Assembly (NCBI GenBank): GCA_015069325.1
Contig: SVIV01000002.1
Span: 97,886-161,885, forward strand
DNA: 64,000 bases
Source of the DNA: Clostridiales bacterium
GTDB lineage: Bacteria > Bacillota > Clostridia > Christensenellales > UBA1242
Direction: 5' to 3'
Made by a program: the position numbers and the translations under genes. Below are positions 30,929 through 43,893 of this stretch, piece after piece. The notes beneath the pieces are model-generated. The model made no database searches. It was not told where the DNA came from and saw only the letters and a list, made by a program, of their open reading frames with translations. Position 1 is the first letter of the stretch; each line of letters starts with the position of its first letter.

Positions 30929-31834
30929 TTACTCGGTTGTTTTTTGTTTAGCTAAAAAATCTTGAAAATGTTTTGGAAGTGCCACTTCAAAACGTTTTAT
31001 TTCATTTGTTCGCGGATGCGAAAATTCAATGCTATAAGAATGCAAAAGTTGCCCATTTAAACCTTTTTCTGCCTTTCCATAAATGTCATCACCTACAATG
31101 GTATGCCCTAAAGATTTACAATGCACTCTTATTTGATGCGTTCTGCCTGTCTGCAAAGCAAATTCAACTAAATCATATTTATCGTAGTGGGCAATAACTT
31201 TATAGTTTGTTATTGCAAGTTTTCCATTTTCTGAAACCGCCATTTTCTTGCGATCTTTTTTGTCTCTTTCAATATAAGTTTCAATTCTACCTTCACTGTT
31301 TTTTAAATGTCCTTGAACAAGAGCAAGATATTTTCTTTTACAAGTTTTATCTTTAATTTGCTGTGCTAAACTAATATGCGCCATATCGTTTTTGGCCACA
31401 AGCATAAGTCCTGATGTGTTTTTGTCTAGCCGATGAACAATCCCTGGTCGAAGCACACCATTAATACCACTCAAATCTTTGATTTTATATAACAACCCAT
31501 TTACTAATGTTCCTTCTTTTGTTGAGCTGCAAGGGTGCACAACAAGACCTTGTGGCTTGTTGACAACAATTAAATCGCTGTCTTCATAAACAATTTCAAA
31601 ATCAACATTTTCAGCTTTGGCATCAAGTGGCTGAACTTCTTCGATTGTATAATCAACCCTATCGCCAATCTTTCCTTTTGCCCCTGCCTTAACTTGTTTT
31701 CCATTTAGTAAAACATTGCCTTGTTCTATCATTTGTTTGATGTGTGAACGAGTAAACTGTGGCAATCTTTCAACTAATAAATTATCTAGTCGCACATTTT
31801 CTTTGTCAATCAAAAAGAAATCACTCATTTCCAC
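30929..31834 (-). CDS. rluD: RluA-family pseudouridine synthase
   Basis: S4 domain, NKPQGLVVHP, HRLDKNTSG, TGRTHQIRVH. Confidence 0.92.
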   Translation of the reverse strand: MEMSDFFLIDKENVRLDNLLVERLPQFTRSHIKQMIEQGNVLLNGKQVKAGAKGKIGDRVDYTIEEVQPLDAKAENVDFEIVYEDSDLIVVNKPQGLVVHPCSSTKEGTLVNGLLYKIKDLSGINGVLRPGIVHRLDKNTSGLMLVAKNDMAHISLAQQIKDKTCKRKYLALVQGHLKNSEGRIETYIERDKKDRKKMAVSENGKLAITNYKVIAHYDKYDLVEFALQTGRTHQIRVHCKSLGHTIVGDDIYGKAEKGLNGQLLHSYSIEFSHPRTNEIKRFEVALPKHFQDFLAKQKTTE

Positions 31835-32357
31835 CTTCCTTTTTATCTTCTTTGTTTGCTTTTTCTTCTTTTGAATAGAAGAACAAAAAATAAATCATTA
31901 ATGTAACAACTCCCACGCAAATTGCAACATCTGCGAAGTTAAAAACAGGAAAATTTATAAATTGAAAATTAATAAAGTCTCTGACAAATCCCAGCGCAAA
32001 CCTATCAATCATATTACCAATGCACCCGCCCGCAACAAGACCAATACTTACTGCAAGCCACATTGATGATTCGTTTTTAACCTTTCGCAAACGCAAAACG
32101 AAAAAGAGTAAAATTAAGATTAAAATAATTATTGATATAATTGCAAGTCCTATGGTGCTATTTGAAAATATTCCCCAAGCGCCACCCCTATTTTCAATAT
32201 AAACAAAGTTGATAAAACCAGGCATAACTTCAACGCTATCCCCTACATTTGGTATTAAGTGTGATATAACAACTTCTTTAGTTGTTAGGTCTAAAATTAA
32301 AATTACAGCAAAAACTATCCCTGCAATTATTGGTGACCATATTTTTTTATTCTTCAA
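31821..32357 (-). CDS. lspA: Lipoprotein signal peptidase II
   Basis: NRGGAWG, GNMIDR, VRDF, FNFAD. Confidence 0.95.
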   Translation of the reverse strand: MKNKKIWSPIIAGIVFAVILILDLTTKEVVISHLIPNVGDSVEVMPGFINFVYIENRGGAWGIFSNSTIGLAIISIIILILILLFFVLRLRKVKNESSMWLAVSIGLVAGGCIGNMIDRFALGFVRDFINFQFINFPVFNFADVAICVGVVTLMIYFLFFYSKEEKANKEDKKEGGNE

Positions 32358-32712
32358 TGCTCATTCCCTCTGGCAAAATTAAATATAAAGTCTCTTTATC
32401 AAGGTTTATCATTCTTGCGTTGGATGCAAAAATAAAACCATTCAAAAAGTCTAAAATTCTATTGCTATTTTCTTTATCACACCCTTCAAGAGAAATAATG
32501 ATAGGTTTTCCTTCCATAACAAAACCTGCAAAATCAAAAATATGGTCATAAATTTCAGGATAATAAACAGAAACGCCATCTATTTGATCAACCCGCTTAT
32601 TTCCTTTATTGTTTAAGCTGTAAGTTGCTTGTGATTTGTTTTTTTTCTCTGCTTTAGGCTTTTTTTCTCCTTCAAAACCAAGAGCTCTAAAAAATCCACC
32701 CATAAACCCCAT
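32347..32712 (-). CDS. sepF: Cell division protein SepF
   Basis: RILDFLNG, YLILP; position before lspA. Confidence 0.75.
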   Translation of the reverse strand: MGFMGGFFRALGFEGEKKPKAEKKNKSQATYSLNNKGNKRVDQIDGVSVYYPEIYDHIFDFAGFVMEGKPIIISLEGCDKENSNRILDFLNGFIFASNARMINLDKETLYLILPEGMSIEE

Positions 32713-32826
32713 ATTTCACCTCTATTTTACTATATAAAAAAGTATAACATAAAAAAACAAAAAAATAAAATAATTATAGACAAAAAAAGAAAACTATTGT
32801 TTAGTTTTCTTTGATTTTTTTGTTAT

Positions 32827-33096
32827 TTAACAATATGGTTGAAAGTCATTACTTCTATGTTTAGATTTCTTCATATTAATTTCACCTGTAATTTTTTCCT
32901 TTGGTAAAGTTGCATAAGGAATGTAACTTTTCATAGTTTCTTTACTTTTTTCATGTCCTTTATTTGCCACTTTTTCGTAATCATTGTTTTCGATTGGTAA
33001 AGCTTGAATATAGTTTGCAGAATAATAAACGCCACACAGTAAACCAGCTGATACTAATATTGCTATAACTTTATTTTTTAACATTGATCTCATCAT
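32827..33096 (-). CDS. Hypothetical exported or membrane protein
   Basis: AAGGAG SD; N-terminal hydrophobic segment. Confidence 0.55.
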   Translation of the reverse strand: MMRSMLKNKVIAILVSAGLLCGVYYSANYIQALPIENNDYEKVANKGHEKSKETMKSYIPYATLPKEKITGEINMKKSKHRSNDFQPYC

Positions 33097-33224
33097 ATAA
33101 TACTCCTTATTAAGATTATATACTTAAACACATCTTATGTCAAATCAAATATTGAGTTTTTTTAATTATAAAAAGCAGGAATAGTATTAAATATTATCTG
33201 CCTTAATAATAAGATAAAATTTTT

Positions 33225-33896
33225 TTATTTTTCAAAAGATTGATCCATCTCTTCAATTCGAAGTTGATTCTTTTTAATTTGATTGTATATTTTGTCACTT
33301 TCTCTATATGATTTTGAACGTTTTTTTTGAACAACATCACCAGCAACCAAAGTTGAACCTCCTAATGCTAATGAACCATATATAGCTGGCCATACCCTAT
33401 CTACAAATTTGTTTTTACTTTTACTACATTCTTCTTGTATTTCTTTAATATCTTTTTGTAAAAATGAATCTTCAATAAATTCAGATGAATTTAACTCTTT
33501 TACTTTATTTTCAAACTCTTTAGTTGAAATTTCTCCGTTTGTATAATCGTCATAATACTTATGTATATATCCTGCCTTAATTTCTTCATACTCTTGAGAA
33601 TCCATATATTCAACTACTTTTTTATCAATTTTTGTCGCTATTTCATTTTCATATGCTATGCATCTAATACCTAAAGTAAAAATGCTTGCAACAGATACAA
33701 CAAAAGAAACAAGCGCAGTGCTTTTCAATATTGCTTCTGCATGTAACAATTTATCCTCTGTCTTATAATTCTTATTGTGTTTTTTCATTAATTCATCATT
33801 AAGTAAAGACAGCTTTTCAATTTCTCTTTCAATTTTACGAATTTCTGATCTTTCTTTTTCTTTTCTTGTTTTTCTTGGTCTTGCTGTTTGCTTCAT
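33225..33896 (-). CDS. Hypothetical two-TM coiled-coil protein
   Basis: AAGGGG SD; two hydrophobic segments flanked by charged helices. Confidence 0.65.
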   Translation of the reverse strand: MKQTARPRKTRKEKERSEIRKIEREIEKLSLLNDELMKKHNKNYKTEDKLLHAEAILKSTALVSFVVSVASIFTLGIRCIAYENEIATKIDKKVVEYMDSQEYEEIKAGYIHKYYDDYTNGEISTKEFENKVKELNSSEFIEDSFLQKDIKEIQEECSKSKNKFVDRVWPAIYGSLALGGSTLVAGDVVQKKRSKSYRESDKIYNQIKKNQLRIEEMDQSFEK

Positions 33897-34059
33897 AACA
33901 TTCCCCTTACACTACAATAATTGTTTTATACATTCTATTATAGAAATATTTATTGTGATTGTCAATACTTATAAAAAAAACTACATATAATATGTTAAAG
34001 AAATAAAAAAAGCACACCTTTCGATATGCTTTTTTCTCTATTATAATGTTTTTCTAAAA

Positions 34060-35247
34060 TTATTCAATAATTGTAGAAACAACACCAGAACCAACTGTTC
34101 TGCCACCTTCACGGATAGCGAAACGAAGTCCTTCTTCAATAGCAACTGGGTTGATAAGAGAGATTGTCATCTTAACGTGGTCGCCAGGCATAACCATTTC
34201 TACGCCCTTTTCAAGTTCGATAACACCAGTGATGTCAGTTGTTCTGAAGTAGAATTGTGGTCTGTAACCATTGAAGAATGGAGTATGACGTCCACCTTCT
34301 TCCTTCTTAAGAACGTAAACTTCAGCAGTGAATTTAGTGTGTGGGTGAATTGAACCTGGTTTGCAAAGAACTTGTCCTCTTTCGATGTCTGTTCTTTGGA
34401 TACCACGGAGAAGAAGACCAGCGTTGTCTCCAGCGATTGCAGCGTCAAGAGATTTGTGGAACATTTCTACACCAGTGATAACTGTTTGTCTAGATTCGCC
34501 AAGACCAACGATTTCAACTGTATCTCCAACTTTAACAGTTCCTCTTTCAACTCTACCAGTAGCAACTGTTCCACGTCCTGTGATTGTGAATACGTCTTCA
34601 ACAGGCATAAGGAATGGTTTGTCAGTTTCTCTTGGTGGTTCAGGAATGTATGAGTCAAGAGCAGCAACAAGTTCGCCAATGCAAGCGCAAGCAGGATCAG
34701 AAGTGTTTCCAGCTTGAGCAGCTTCAAGAGCTTTGAATGCAGATCCTCTGATAATTGGAGTATCATCTCCTGGGAATCCGTATTCAGTAAGAAGATCTCT
34801 GATTTCCATTTCTACAAGGTCAGCAAGTTCTTCATCATCAACTTGGTCCATTTTGTTCATAAATACAACGATGTATGGAACACCTACTTGTCTTGCAAGA
34901 AGAATGTGTTCTCTAGTTTGAGGCATTGGACCGTCTGTAGCAGCACAAACAAGGATTGCTCCGTCCATTTGAGCAGCACCAGTAATCATATTTTTAACGT
35001 AGTCTGCGTGTCCTGGGCAGTCAACGTGTGCGTAGTGACGAGTTTCTGATTCGTATTCTACGTGAGAAGTATTAATTGTAATACCTCTTGCCTTTTCTTC
35101 TGGGGCTTTATCGATTTCATCATATTTCATTTTTTGTGTGCCGTAAAGCATAGTGATTGCGGCTGTAAGAGTTGTCTTACCGTGGTCAACGTGTCCGATA
35201 GTACCAACGTTAACGTGTGGCTTTGATCTAACATAAGCTTCTGCCAT
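34060..35247 (-). CDS. tuf: Elongation factor Tu
   Basis: [21 protein letters not shown]; start at MAEAY (AAGGAG). Confidence 0.99.
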   Translation of the reverse strand: MAEAYVRSKPHVNVGTIGHVDHGKTTLTAAITMLYGTQKMKYDEIDKAPEEKARGITINTSHVEYESETRHYAHVDCPGHADYVKNMITGAAQMDGAILVCAATDGPMPQTREHILLARQVGVPYIVVFMNKMDQVDDEELADLVEMEIRDLLTEYGFPGDDTPIIRGSAFKALEAAQAGNTSDPACACIGELVAALDSYIPEPPRETDKPFLMPVEDVFTITGRGTVATGRVERGTVKVGDTVEIVGLGESRQTVITGVEMFHKSLDAAIAGDNAGLLLRGIQRTDIERGQVLCKPGSIHPHTKFTAEVYVLKKEEGGRHTPFFNGYRPQFYFRTTDITGVIELEKGVEMVMPGDHVKMTISLINPVAIEEGLRFAIREGGRTVGSGVVSTIIE

Positions 35248-35284
35248 TTTTATAATTCTCCTTTTTATTTTTAATACTAACGAT

Positions 35285-35313
35285 AGTTTAGCATACTTTT
35301 TTAGTTTTGCCAA
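35285..35313 (-). promoter_or_regulatory. Internal SigA-like promoter of tuf
   Basis: TTGGCA-17 nt-TAAACT with extended TG. Confidence 0.6.
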
Positions 35314-35470
35314 ACGATTTTTAATTTTTTTTTAGTTTTTTAGGGCCACCACGCCCCCTTCCGAGTAATTTTATCAAATTCACGCCTGATAAAAAGGCTT
35401 TAAAAATCTATTTATCCCTTTCAGCAGACTATTTTGACGGGAAATAATCTGCTAAAAGTATGATAACATT

Positions 35471-37543
35471 TTACGCTTTCGCTCTTTCCCCAATGATTGT
35501 AGTTGCTACGCTCTTTGGAACTTCTTGATATCTAAGTGGTTCCATAACGTAGTTTCCACGTCCTTGTGTTTGAGAACGAAGGTCAGTAGCATAACCAAAC
35601 ATTTCTGCAAGTGGAACTTCTGCATTTACAATTTGAATTCCGTTTGAAGATTCATTTCCTGTAAGCATACCACGACGAGATGTAAGGTTACCCATAACTG
35701 TTCCAAGATAATCATCTGGAACTTCAACTGTAACTTTCATAATAGGTTCTAAAATTACAGTATCAGCACGTTTTGCAGCATCTTGGAAAGCCATAGAACC
35801 TGCAATTTTGAACGCCATTTCAGAAGAGTCAACTTCATGGAAAGATCCATCAACAAGTGTAACTCTAAAGTCAATAGTTTCATATCCAGCAAGAACACCA
35901 TTAACTCTTGCTTCTTGAATACCATTGTTGATTGGTTGGATAAATTCTTTTGGAACTGATCCACCAACTGTTTTATCAACAAATTCATAACCAGAACCTG
36001 GTTCAAGTGGTTCAATTTCAACAACGCAGTGACCGTATTGTCCTTTACCACCACTTTGACGAATGAATTTACCTTCAGCACGAACAGGTTTCTTCATATA
36101 TTCTCTGTAAGAAACTTGTGGCTTACCTACTGTAGCTTCAACTTTGAATTCTCTAAGAAGACGATCTACAATAATTTCAAGGTGAAGTTCACCCATACCA
36201 GCGATAAGAGTTTGTCCTGTTTCTTGGTTTGTAGTTACTCTGAAAGATGGGTCTTCTCTCATAAGTTTTGCAAGAGCAAGAGCCATTTTTTCTTGCATAT
36301 CTTTTGTTTTAGGTTCGATAGCAAGTTGAATAACTGGTTCTGGGAATTCCATAGATTCAAGTTGAACAGGATGCTTTTCATCACAAAGAGTATGTCCTGT
36401 GATTGTATCTTTTAGTCCTACGATAGCTGCGATATCACCTGCACCAACTTCAGAAATTTCTTGTCTTTGGTTTGAGTGCATACGGATAAGACGACCAACT
36501 CTTTCAGTTTTTCCATTGTTTGAGTTGTAAACATAAGTTCCTGCAGTAAGTTTACCTGAGTAAACACGGAAGAATGTAAGTCCTCCAACGAATGGATCTG
36601 TCATAATTTTGAATGCAAGTCCTGCAAATGGAGCAGATTCGTCTGCTGGTCTTTCTTCTTCTTCATTTGTATCAGGATTCATTCCTTTAATTGCAGGAAT
36701 GTCAAGTGGAGATGGAAGGAAGTCTACCATTGCATCAATAAGCATTTGAACACCTTTGTTTTTATAAGATGAACCGCAAAGAACAGGTGTAAGAGTTTTT
36801 GCGATAGTTGCCTTACGAAGAGCAACTTTAAGTTCGTCATTTGAAATTTCTTGTCCTTCAAAATATCTTTCAAGCAAAGCATCATCAGTTTCAACAATTT
36901 TTTCAATCATTTCATCGTGAAGTCTTTGAGCTTCATCTCTAAGATCTGCAGGAATATCAGTAACTTCAATCTGAGTTCCCATATCATCTTTATAGATTTC
37001 TGCCTTCATTTCAAAAAGGTCAATAATTCCGCTGAAAGTTTCTGCAGAACCGATTGGCATTTGAATTGGAAGAGCATTAGTTTTAAGTCTTGTTTCAATT
37101 GACTTAACGCAAGCGAAGAAGTCTGCTGCATCTCTATCCATTTTGTTTACATAGATAATTGCAGGAACGTGATATTTAGTCGCTTGTCTCCAAACTGTTT
37201 CAGTTTGAGGTTGAACTTTATCACGAGCAGAAAGAACAAGAACTGTTCCGTCAAGAACCTTAAGAGAACGTTCTACTTCAACAGTGAAGTCAACGTGTCC
37301 TGGGGTATCAATAATATTGATTTTATGACCTTTCCATTGGCAAGTTGTGCAAGCAGAAGTAATTGTAATACCTCTTTCTTGTTCTTGGGCCATCCAGTCC
37401 ATTGTGGCACCGCCATCGTGAACTTCACCGATTTTGTGTGTTTTACCTGTATAGAAAAGGATTCTTTCTGTAGTGGTAGTTTTACCAGCATCAATGTGAG
37501 CCATAATACCAACGTTTCTAGTCATTTCTAGAGCATTTGCCAT
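35471..37543 (-). CDS. fusA: Elongation factor G
   Basis: [25 protein letters not shown]; start at MANAL (AGGAG). Confidence 0.99.
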   Translation of the reverse strand: MANALEMTRNVGIMAHIDAGKTTTTERILFYTGKTHKIGEVHDGGATMDWMAQEQERGITITSACTTCQWKGHKINIIDTPGHVDFTVEVERSLKVLDGTVLVLSARDKVQPQTETVWRQATKYHVPAIIYVNKMDRDAADFFACVKSIETRLKTNALPIQMPIGSAETFSGIIDLFEMKAEIYKDDMGTQIEVTDIPADLRDEAQRLHDEMIEKIVETDDALLERYFEGQEISNDELKVALRKATIAKTLTPVLCGSSYKNKGVQMLIDAMVDFLPSPLDIPAIKGMNPDTNEEEERPADESAPFAGLAFKIMTDPFVGGLTFFRVYSGKLTAGTYVYNSNNGKTERVGRLIRMHSNQRQEISEVGAGDIAAIVGLKDTITGHTLCDEKHPVQLESMEFPEPVIQLAIEPKTKDMQEKMALALAKLMREDPSFRVTTNQETGQTLIAGMGELHLEIIVDRLLREFKVEATVGKPQVSYREYMKKPVRAEGKFIRQSGGKGQYGHCVVEIEPLEPGSGYEFVDKTVGGSVPKEFIQPINNGIQEARVNGVLAGYETIDFRVTLVDGSFHEVDSSEMAFKIAGSMAFQDAAKRADTVILEPIMKVTVEVPDDYLGTVMGNLTSRRGMLTGNESSNGIQIVNAEVPLAEMFGYATDLRSQTQGRGNYVMEPLRYQEVPKSVATTIIGERAKA

Positions 37544-37802
37544 ATTTTTTCTCCTAATTAAATTTATAACCATTTTCAGTGCGGTTATAATGCACCAAAT
37601 TTAATAACTTTAAAATGCTAGTAAAAATTTTAAGGGGAAGGGCTTTGCCCGGCTTAAATATTTTTACAGCGCCCTTAATTCGTAGAAAATTATCCAGCGG
37701 AAATTTTCAAGAATAGGAAAGGGGTTCGTGCGGGAAAACTGAAATTTAGCGGTTAGGATTTTGCCGTGTCCGCGTAAAGAATTTTGGTTGTCCCTGCGAG
37801 TT

Positions 37803-38276
37803 TTACCACTTAAAGTGAGCAAAAGCTTTATTTGCTTCAGCCATTCTGTGCATTTCATCTCTCTTCTTAATTGATGCACCTGTGCTATTATAAGCGTCCA
37901 TAAGTTCGCCAGCAAGTTTAGCATCCATTCCTCTTTCGCCTGTGCGTTTTCTTGCATTAGCAACAATCCAACGAATAGCAAGAGTTTGTCTTCTTTCTGG
38001 TCTGATTTCCATTGGCACTTGGTAAGTAGCACCGCCAACTCTTCTTGATTTTGTTTCAAGAACAGGTTTTACATTTTCAATAGCTGCGTTGAATACGTCA
38101 ATAGCTTCCATATCCATTTTCTCTCTGATGATATCAAGCGCACCGTAAACAATTCTTTGAGCAAGTCCTTTCTTTCCTGATTCCATTACTTGGTTGATAA
38201 CCTTAGCAACAACTTTGCTTTTGTAAATTGGATCAGCGAGAACATCTCTTTTTTCAGCACTATTTCTTCTAGCCAT
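37803..38276 (-). CDS. rpsG: 30S ribosomal protein S7
   Basis: [21 protein letters not shown]. Confidence 0.99.
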   Translation of the reverse strand: MARRNSAEKRDVLADPIYKSKVVAKVINQVMESGKKGLAQRIVYGALDIIREKMDMEAIDVFNAAIENVKPVLETKSRRVGGATYQVPMEIRPERRQTLAIRWIVANARKRTGERGMDAKLAGELMDAYNSTGASIKKRDEMHRMAEANKAFAHFKW

Positions 38277-38340
38277 TTTATTCTCCTTTTATCAGCACTT
38301 AAGCTGAGATTATATTGTAATTTGATTCACTAAGCAAAGA

Positions 38341-38721
38341 TTACTTAGATTTTTTTGGTTTCTTAGCACCATACTTAGAACGGCTTTGCATTCTCTTTTG
38401 AACACCAGCTGTATCCAAGCTTCCACGAATAATGTGGTAACGAACACCTGGAAGGTCTTTTACTCTACCGCCACGAACGAGAACAACACTGTGTTCTTGT
38501 AAGTTGTGGCCAATTCCTGGAATGTAGCAAGTTCCTTCAGTTCCGTTAGAAAGTTTAACTCTTGCGATTTTACGAAGCGCTGAGTTTGGTTTTTTAGGTG
38601 TTGCAGTTCGAACAGAAAGGCAAACTCCTCTTTTTTGTGGGCATTCATCAAGAAGTGGTGATTTTGACTTCTTTTCAAATGTTTCACGACCTTTTCTAAC
38701 TAATTGGTTTATTGTAGGCAT
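38341..38721 (-). CDS. rpsL: 30S ribosomal protein S12
   Basis: [29 protein letters not shown]. Confidence 0.99.
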   Translation of the reverse strand: MPTINQLVRKGRETFEKKSKSPLLDECPQKRGVCLSVRTATPKKPNSALRKIARVKLSNGTEGTCYIPGIGHNLQEHSVVLVRGGRVKDLPGVRYHIIRGSLDTAGVQKRMQSRSKYGAKKPKKSK

Positions 38722-38994
38722 AGTTTTCTCCTTTTAACTTAACTTTTCGTTTAAGTGATTTGTCATATTTTTTAATAAAAATACGCGACACTTTTGTTGT
38801 CGCGTAAAAAATGCTTTTTCTTTTGTAAAACACGAACAAGCACGATTGCATTAGATGCAACTTCACAGCATATTACTATGAATCGGTTAAACTTTTCTAT
38901 AAAAGCCACCTGCTGTTTGTTTATGCCTTTAAAAGTAATAATCCTTGAGATTATTTTTCAAAGCATTGCCTCCGACAACGAAGCATACGAGAGT

Positions 38995-39023
38995 ATTATA
39001 CTCAAAGCATCTTCGTTTGTCAA
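38995..39023 (-). promoter_or_regulatory. SigA promoter upstream of the str operon
   Basis: TTGACA-17 nt-TATAAT. Confidence 0.85.
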
Positions 39024-39051
39024 GGATTTTTTTATAAAATAATGTGATTTT

Positions 39052-39507
39052 TTATAAGCTTGCAGTTCTATCTAATGCCTCTTGAGCAAGCGCCAACTCT
39101 CTTTGTCTTTCTTGAACTCTACGTTGCATCTCTTCCTGCCTTTCTTGAGTGCAATAAAATCTTTGTGCAATAAAACCACCTACTGCACCTAAAACACCTG
39201 CACCTGTCACCAATTCTGCTATAGCACCCGTTGCCCCTGTTAACACAGGCCCTACTACTGCTAAAACGCCAACCGGAATAAGTCCTAAAGCAACTGTTCT
39301 TTTTATACTACCCATTCGATAAGCCCTTTGTTCACCTGCCAATAATCCGCCATTACGCGTAACAATATTCTGCAGATCTCTTCTCGCATCTCTCACCATA
39401 GTTCTTGCACTTGTCATTGCTGATGCATGCGACATATGATAAAAATCTACAGCTGTTCTAAGACGTCTAGTTGCTTCTCTTATTTCGTATACTTGTTGTT
39501 CTGTCAT
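39052..39507 (-). CDS. Hypothetical protein with Gly-rich hydrophobic hairpin and coiled coils
   Basis: AAGGAG SD; ~45-aa hydrophobic stretch between R/Q/E-rich helices. Confidence 0.7.
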   Translation of the reverse strand: MTEQQVYEIREATRRLRTAVDFYHMSHASAMTSARTMVRDARRDLQNIVTRNGGLLAGEQRAYRMGSIKRTVALGLIPVGVLAVVGPVLTGATGAIAELVTGAGVLGAVGGFIAQRFYCTQERQEEMQRRVQERQRELALAQEALDRTASL

Positions 39508-39580
39508 ATTTTTTCTCCTTATATAATTATGTTATCTTGTTAATCCCTATATTGTCAAATAATTTGTTCTGTTTTTCTAC

Positions 39581-41557
<1,977 letters not shown>

Positions 41558-43768
41558 TTAATCAATAATTTCAAGCGGAGCAAGGTTAAGCATTAAACTC
41601 TTCTTTCCGAAATCATCAAATACAATATCTCCAACAAGTCCGTCTGGAGTAATATCAACAATTTCTCCTTCCCCATATTTAGGGTGTTCCACTCTTTGCC
41701 CCACCTTATAAATAGATATGTCTTTTTCTTCTTTTTCAGTTTTTTTCTCATTGTTCATAAACTCAGAATGATTAAATAAATTTTGAGACGCACTAGAATA
41801 TGCATTTAAATTGTTGCCAACATTTCCATTTCCAAAAGCATCACTTACAAAAGTTTGTTTTGCTTGCGGCTTCTTTTCTTGAACAGACAAAAGTCCCAAC
41901 TCTCTTGTAAACCTGCTTGGCATTTGATATTGGCTTCCGCCATACAAATATCTTTTACTGCATTGCGACATAAACAATACTTCTTCAGCCCTTGTAATTG
42001 CAACATACATAAGCCTACGCTCTTCTTCAAGTTCGCTTGTCGAATTTAATGCACGCGATATAGGAAATATCCCTTCTTCAAGCCCTACAATAAACACTAC
42101 TTTAAATTCAAGACCTTTTACTGCGTGCACAGTCGCAATCGTAACAGCTCCCCCACCACCAATTTCGTCATTTTCTGAAGAAAGCGTGATATTTTCAAGA
42201 AAGTCTCCAAGTGTAGCTTCAGGATTTAATGCTTCATATTCTTTTACAGAAGATACAAACTGTTCAATATTCATAAGTCTATTTAAATCTTCTTCGTCTT
42301 TAGGGTTATACGCACTTCTAATGTCAAAAGTCTTAATCATTTTTTCTACAAATTTTGATAATGGCTTTTGATTTTCTTCTACCACCTGTAAAAACGCTTC
42401 TTTAAATGGTTGAAATTTTCTGTATAATGCAGATTCATATTCAAGTTCTCTTGAAAGACAATTTTCAAGCAGACTTAAATTTGGCTCTATTGACTGCAAT
42501 TTTGCAATCGTTCCGTCGCCAATCCCCCGTTTAGGGAAATTAATTATTCTTGTAAATGATACATCATCTTTAGGATTAACAAAAAGTCTTAAATATGCAA
42601 TTAAGTTTCTAATTTCAACTCTCTCATAAAACTTAAATCCACCAAATATTCGATGTGGAATATTGTAAGAAAGAAAAGATTCTTCCAAACTGCGAGAAAG
42701 TGCATTCATTCGCATAAGCACAGCCATATCATCATAACTATATCCTTGCAAAATCAATCTTGAAATGTTTTGCGCAACAAATAAAGCTTCATCTCTTTCA
42801 TCATAAGCATTATAAATTTGTGGCACTTTCCCGCTTTCTTTATTAGTAAACATCACCTTATCAAGTCTTGCACGATTATTTTTAATTACATTATTTGCGA
42901 CTGTGATAATTTGTGGGCTAGAGCGATAGTTTTGCTCCAGCTTAAACACTTGAGAAGATGAAAAATCATTTTTAAAATTAAATATATTTTTAAAGTTTGC
43001 CCCACGCCAAGAATAAATACATTGGTCTTCATCGCCTACTGCAAATACATTGCCATACCTAGAAGCAAGAAGTTTTACAAGATCATACTGAATTGCGTTT
43101 GTATCTTGAAACTCATCAACCAAAATATATTGAAAGCGATTTGCATAATAATCTAAAACTTGTGGACAAGTTTTAAAAAGTTGATAAGTTTTGCACAATA
43201 GGTCATCAAAATCAAGAGCATTGTTTTTCTTTAATTTCTCTTGGTAATCATTGATGCACGCCCCTACCTTTTCAATATCTTCTGCATTTTTGTTGAGAAG
43301 CAAATAATCTGATAAAGCAATTGTCCCGTTTTTCCAGTTGGAAAGATGAAAAGCCACATTCTTTTTAAGTTTATCATCTCCCCCGCGATTCGCACAAACT
43401 TCCTTTAAAACTTTTTCGCTATCACTTTCACTATAAATTGAAAAATCCTTGGTAAAAGGAGGCATAGATTCTATGTCCATACGTAAAATTTTTGCACACA
43501 TTGAGTGGAAAGTTGACACCCAAACCCTATCTGCCCCGTCAACCATTTCGGCAACACGAGTTTTCATTTCTCCTGCCGCTTTGTTTGTGAATGTTATGGC
43601 AAGAATATTGTAAGGTGAAACCCCTTTTTCTTTAATAAGATAGGCAATTCTATGAGTAAGAAGCCTTGTTTTTCCTGATCCCGCCCCTGCGGTAACCAAA
43701 ACAGCCCCTTCAGTAACTTTCAAAGGAGCAAGTTGTTGTTCATTTAATGTGGATAAGTCGTAATTCAT
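41558..43768 (-). CDS. pcrA: ATP-dependent DNA helicase PcrA/UvrD
   Basis: AGAGSGKT, VDEFQDTN, LEQNYRS, KGLEF, EEERRLMYVAITRA, C-terminal Tudor-like HPKYGEG. Confidence 0.95.
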   Translation of the reverse strand: MNYDLSTLNEQQLAPLKVTEGAVLVTAGAGSGKTRLLTHRIAYLIKEKGVSPYNILAITFTNKAAGEMKTRVAEMVDGADRVWVSTFHSMCAKILRMDIESMPPFTKDFSIYSESDSEKVLKEVCANRGGDDKLKKNVAFHLSNWKNGTIALSDYLLLNKNAEDIEKVGACINDYQEKLKKNNALDFDDLLCKTYQLFKTCPQVLDYYANRFQYILVDEFQDTNAIQYDLVKLLASRYGNVFAVGDEDQCIYSWRGANFKNIFNFKNDFSSSQVFKLEQNYRSSPQIITVANNVIKNNRARLDKVMFTNKESGKVPQIYNAYDERDEALFVAQNISRLILQGYSYDDMAVLMRMNALSRSLEESFLSYNIPHRIFGGFKFYERVEIRNLIAYLRLFVNPKDDVSFTRIINFPKRGIGDGTIAKLQSIEPNLSLLENCLSRELEYESALYRKFQPFKEAFLQVVEENQKPLSKFVEKMIKTFDIRSAYNPKDEEDLNRLMNIEQFVSSVKEYEALNPEATLGDFLENITLSSENDEIGGGGAVTIATVHAVKGLEFKVVFIVGLEEGIFPISRALNSTSELEEERRLMYVAITRAEEVLFMSQCSKRYLYGGSQYQMPSRFTRELGLLSVQEKKPQAKQTFVSDAFGNGNVGNNLNAYSSASQNLFNHSEFMNNEKKTEKEEKDISIYKVGQRVEHPKYGEGEIVDITPDGLVGDIVFDDFGKKSLMLNLAPLEIID

Positions 43769-43893
43769 AGTTATATAATAGCAGATAATACCATTTGTTG
43801 CAAATTTTTAACAAAGATAAAAAAAAGAATTTAAAAACGATATTTTATTTTTCTTTTCAAAAATTTTATGCTAAACTTTAATCAGGAGATAGA

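Noticed and set aside
34200-38687. Many alternative-frame and antisense ORFs over tuf, fusA, rpsG and rpsL (also over 25784-29854)
   Set aside because: Shadows of strong codon bias; no SD or protein-like motifs
38794-39042. 82-aa plus-strand ORF upstream of rpsL
   Set aside because: No SD, overlaps the str promoter in antisense, no motif
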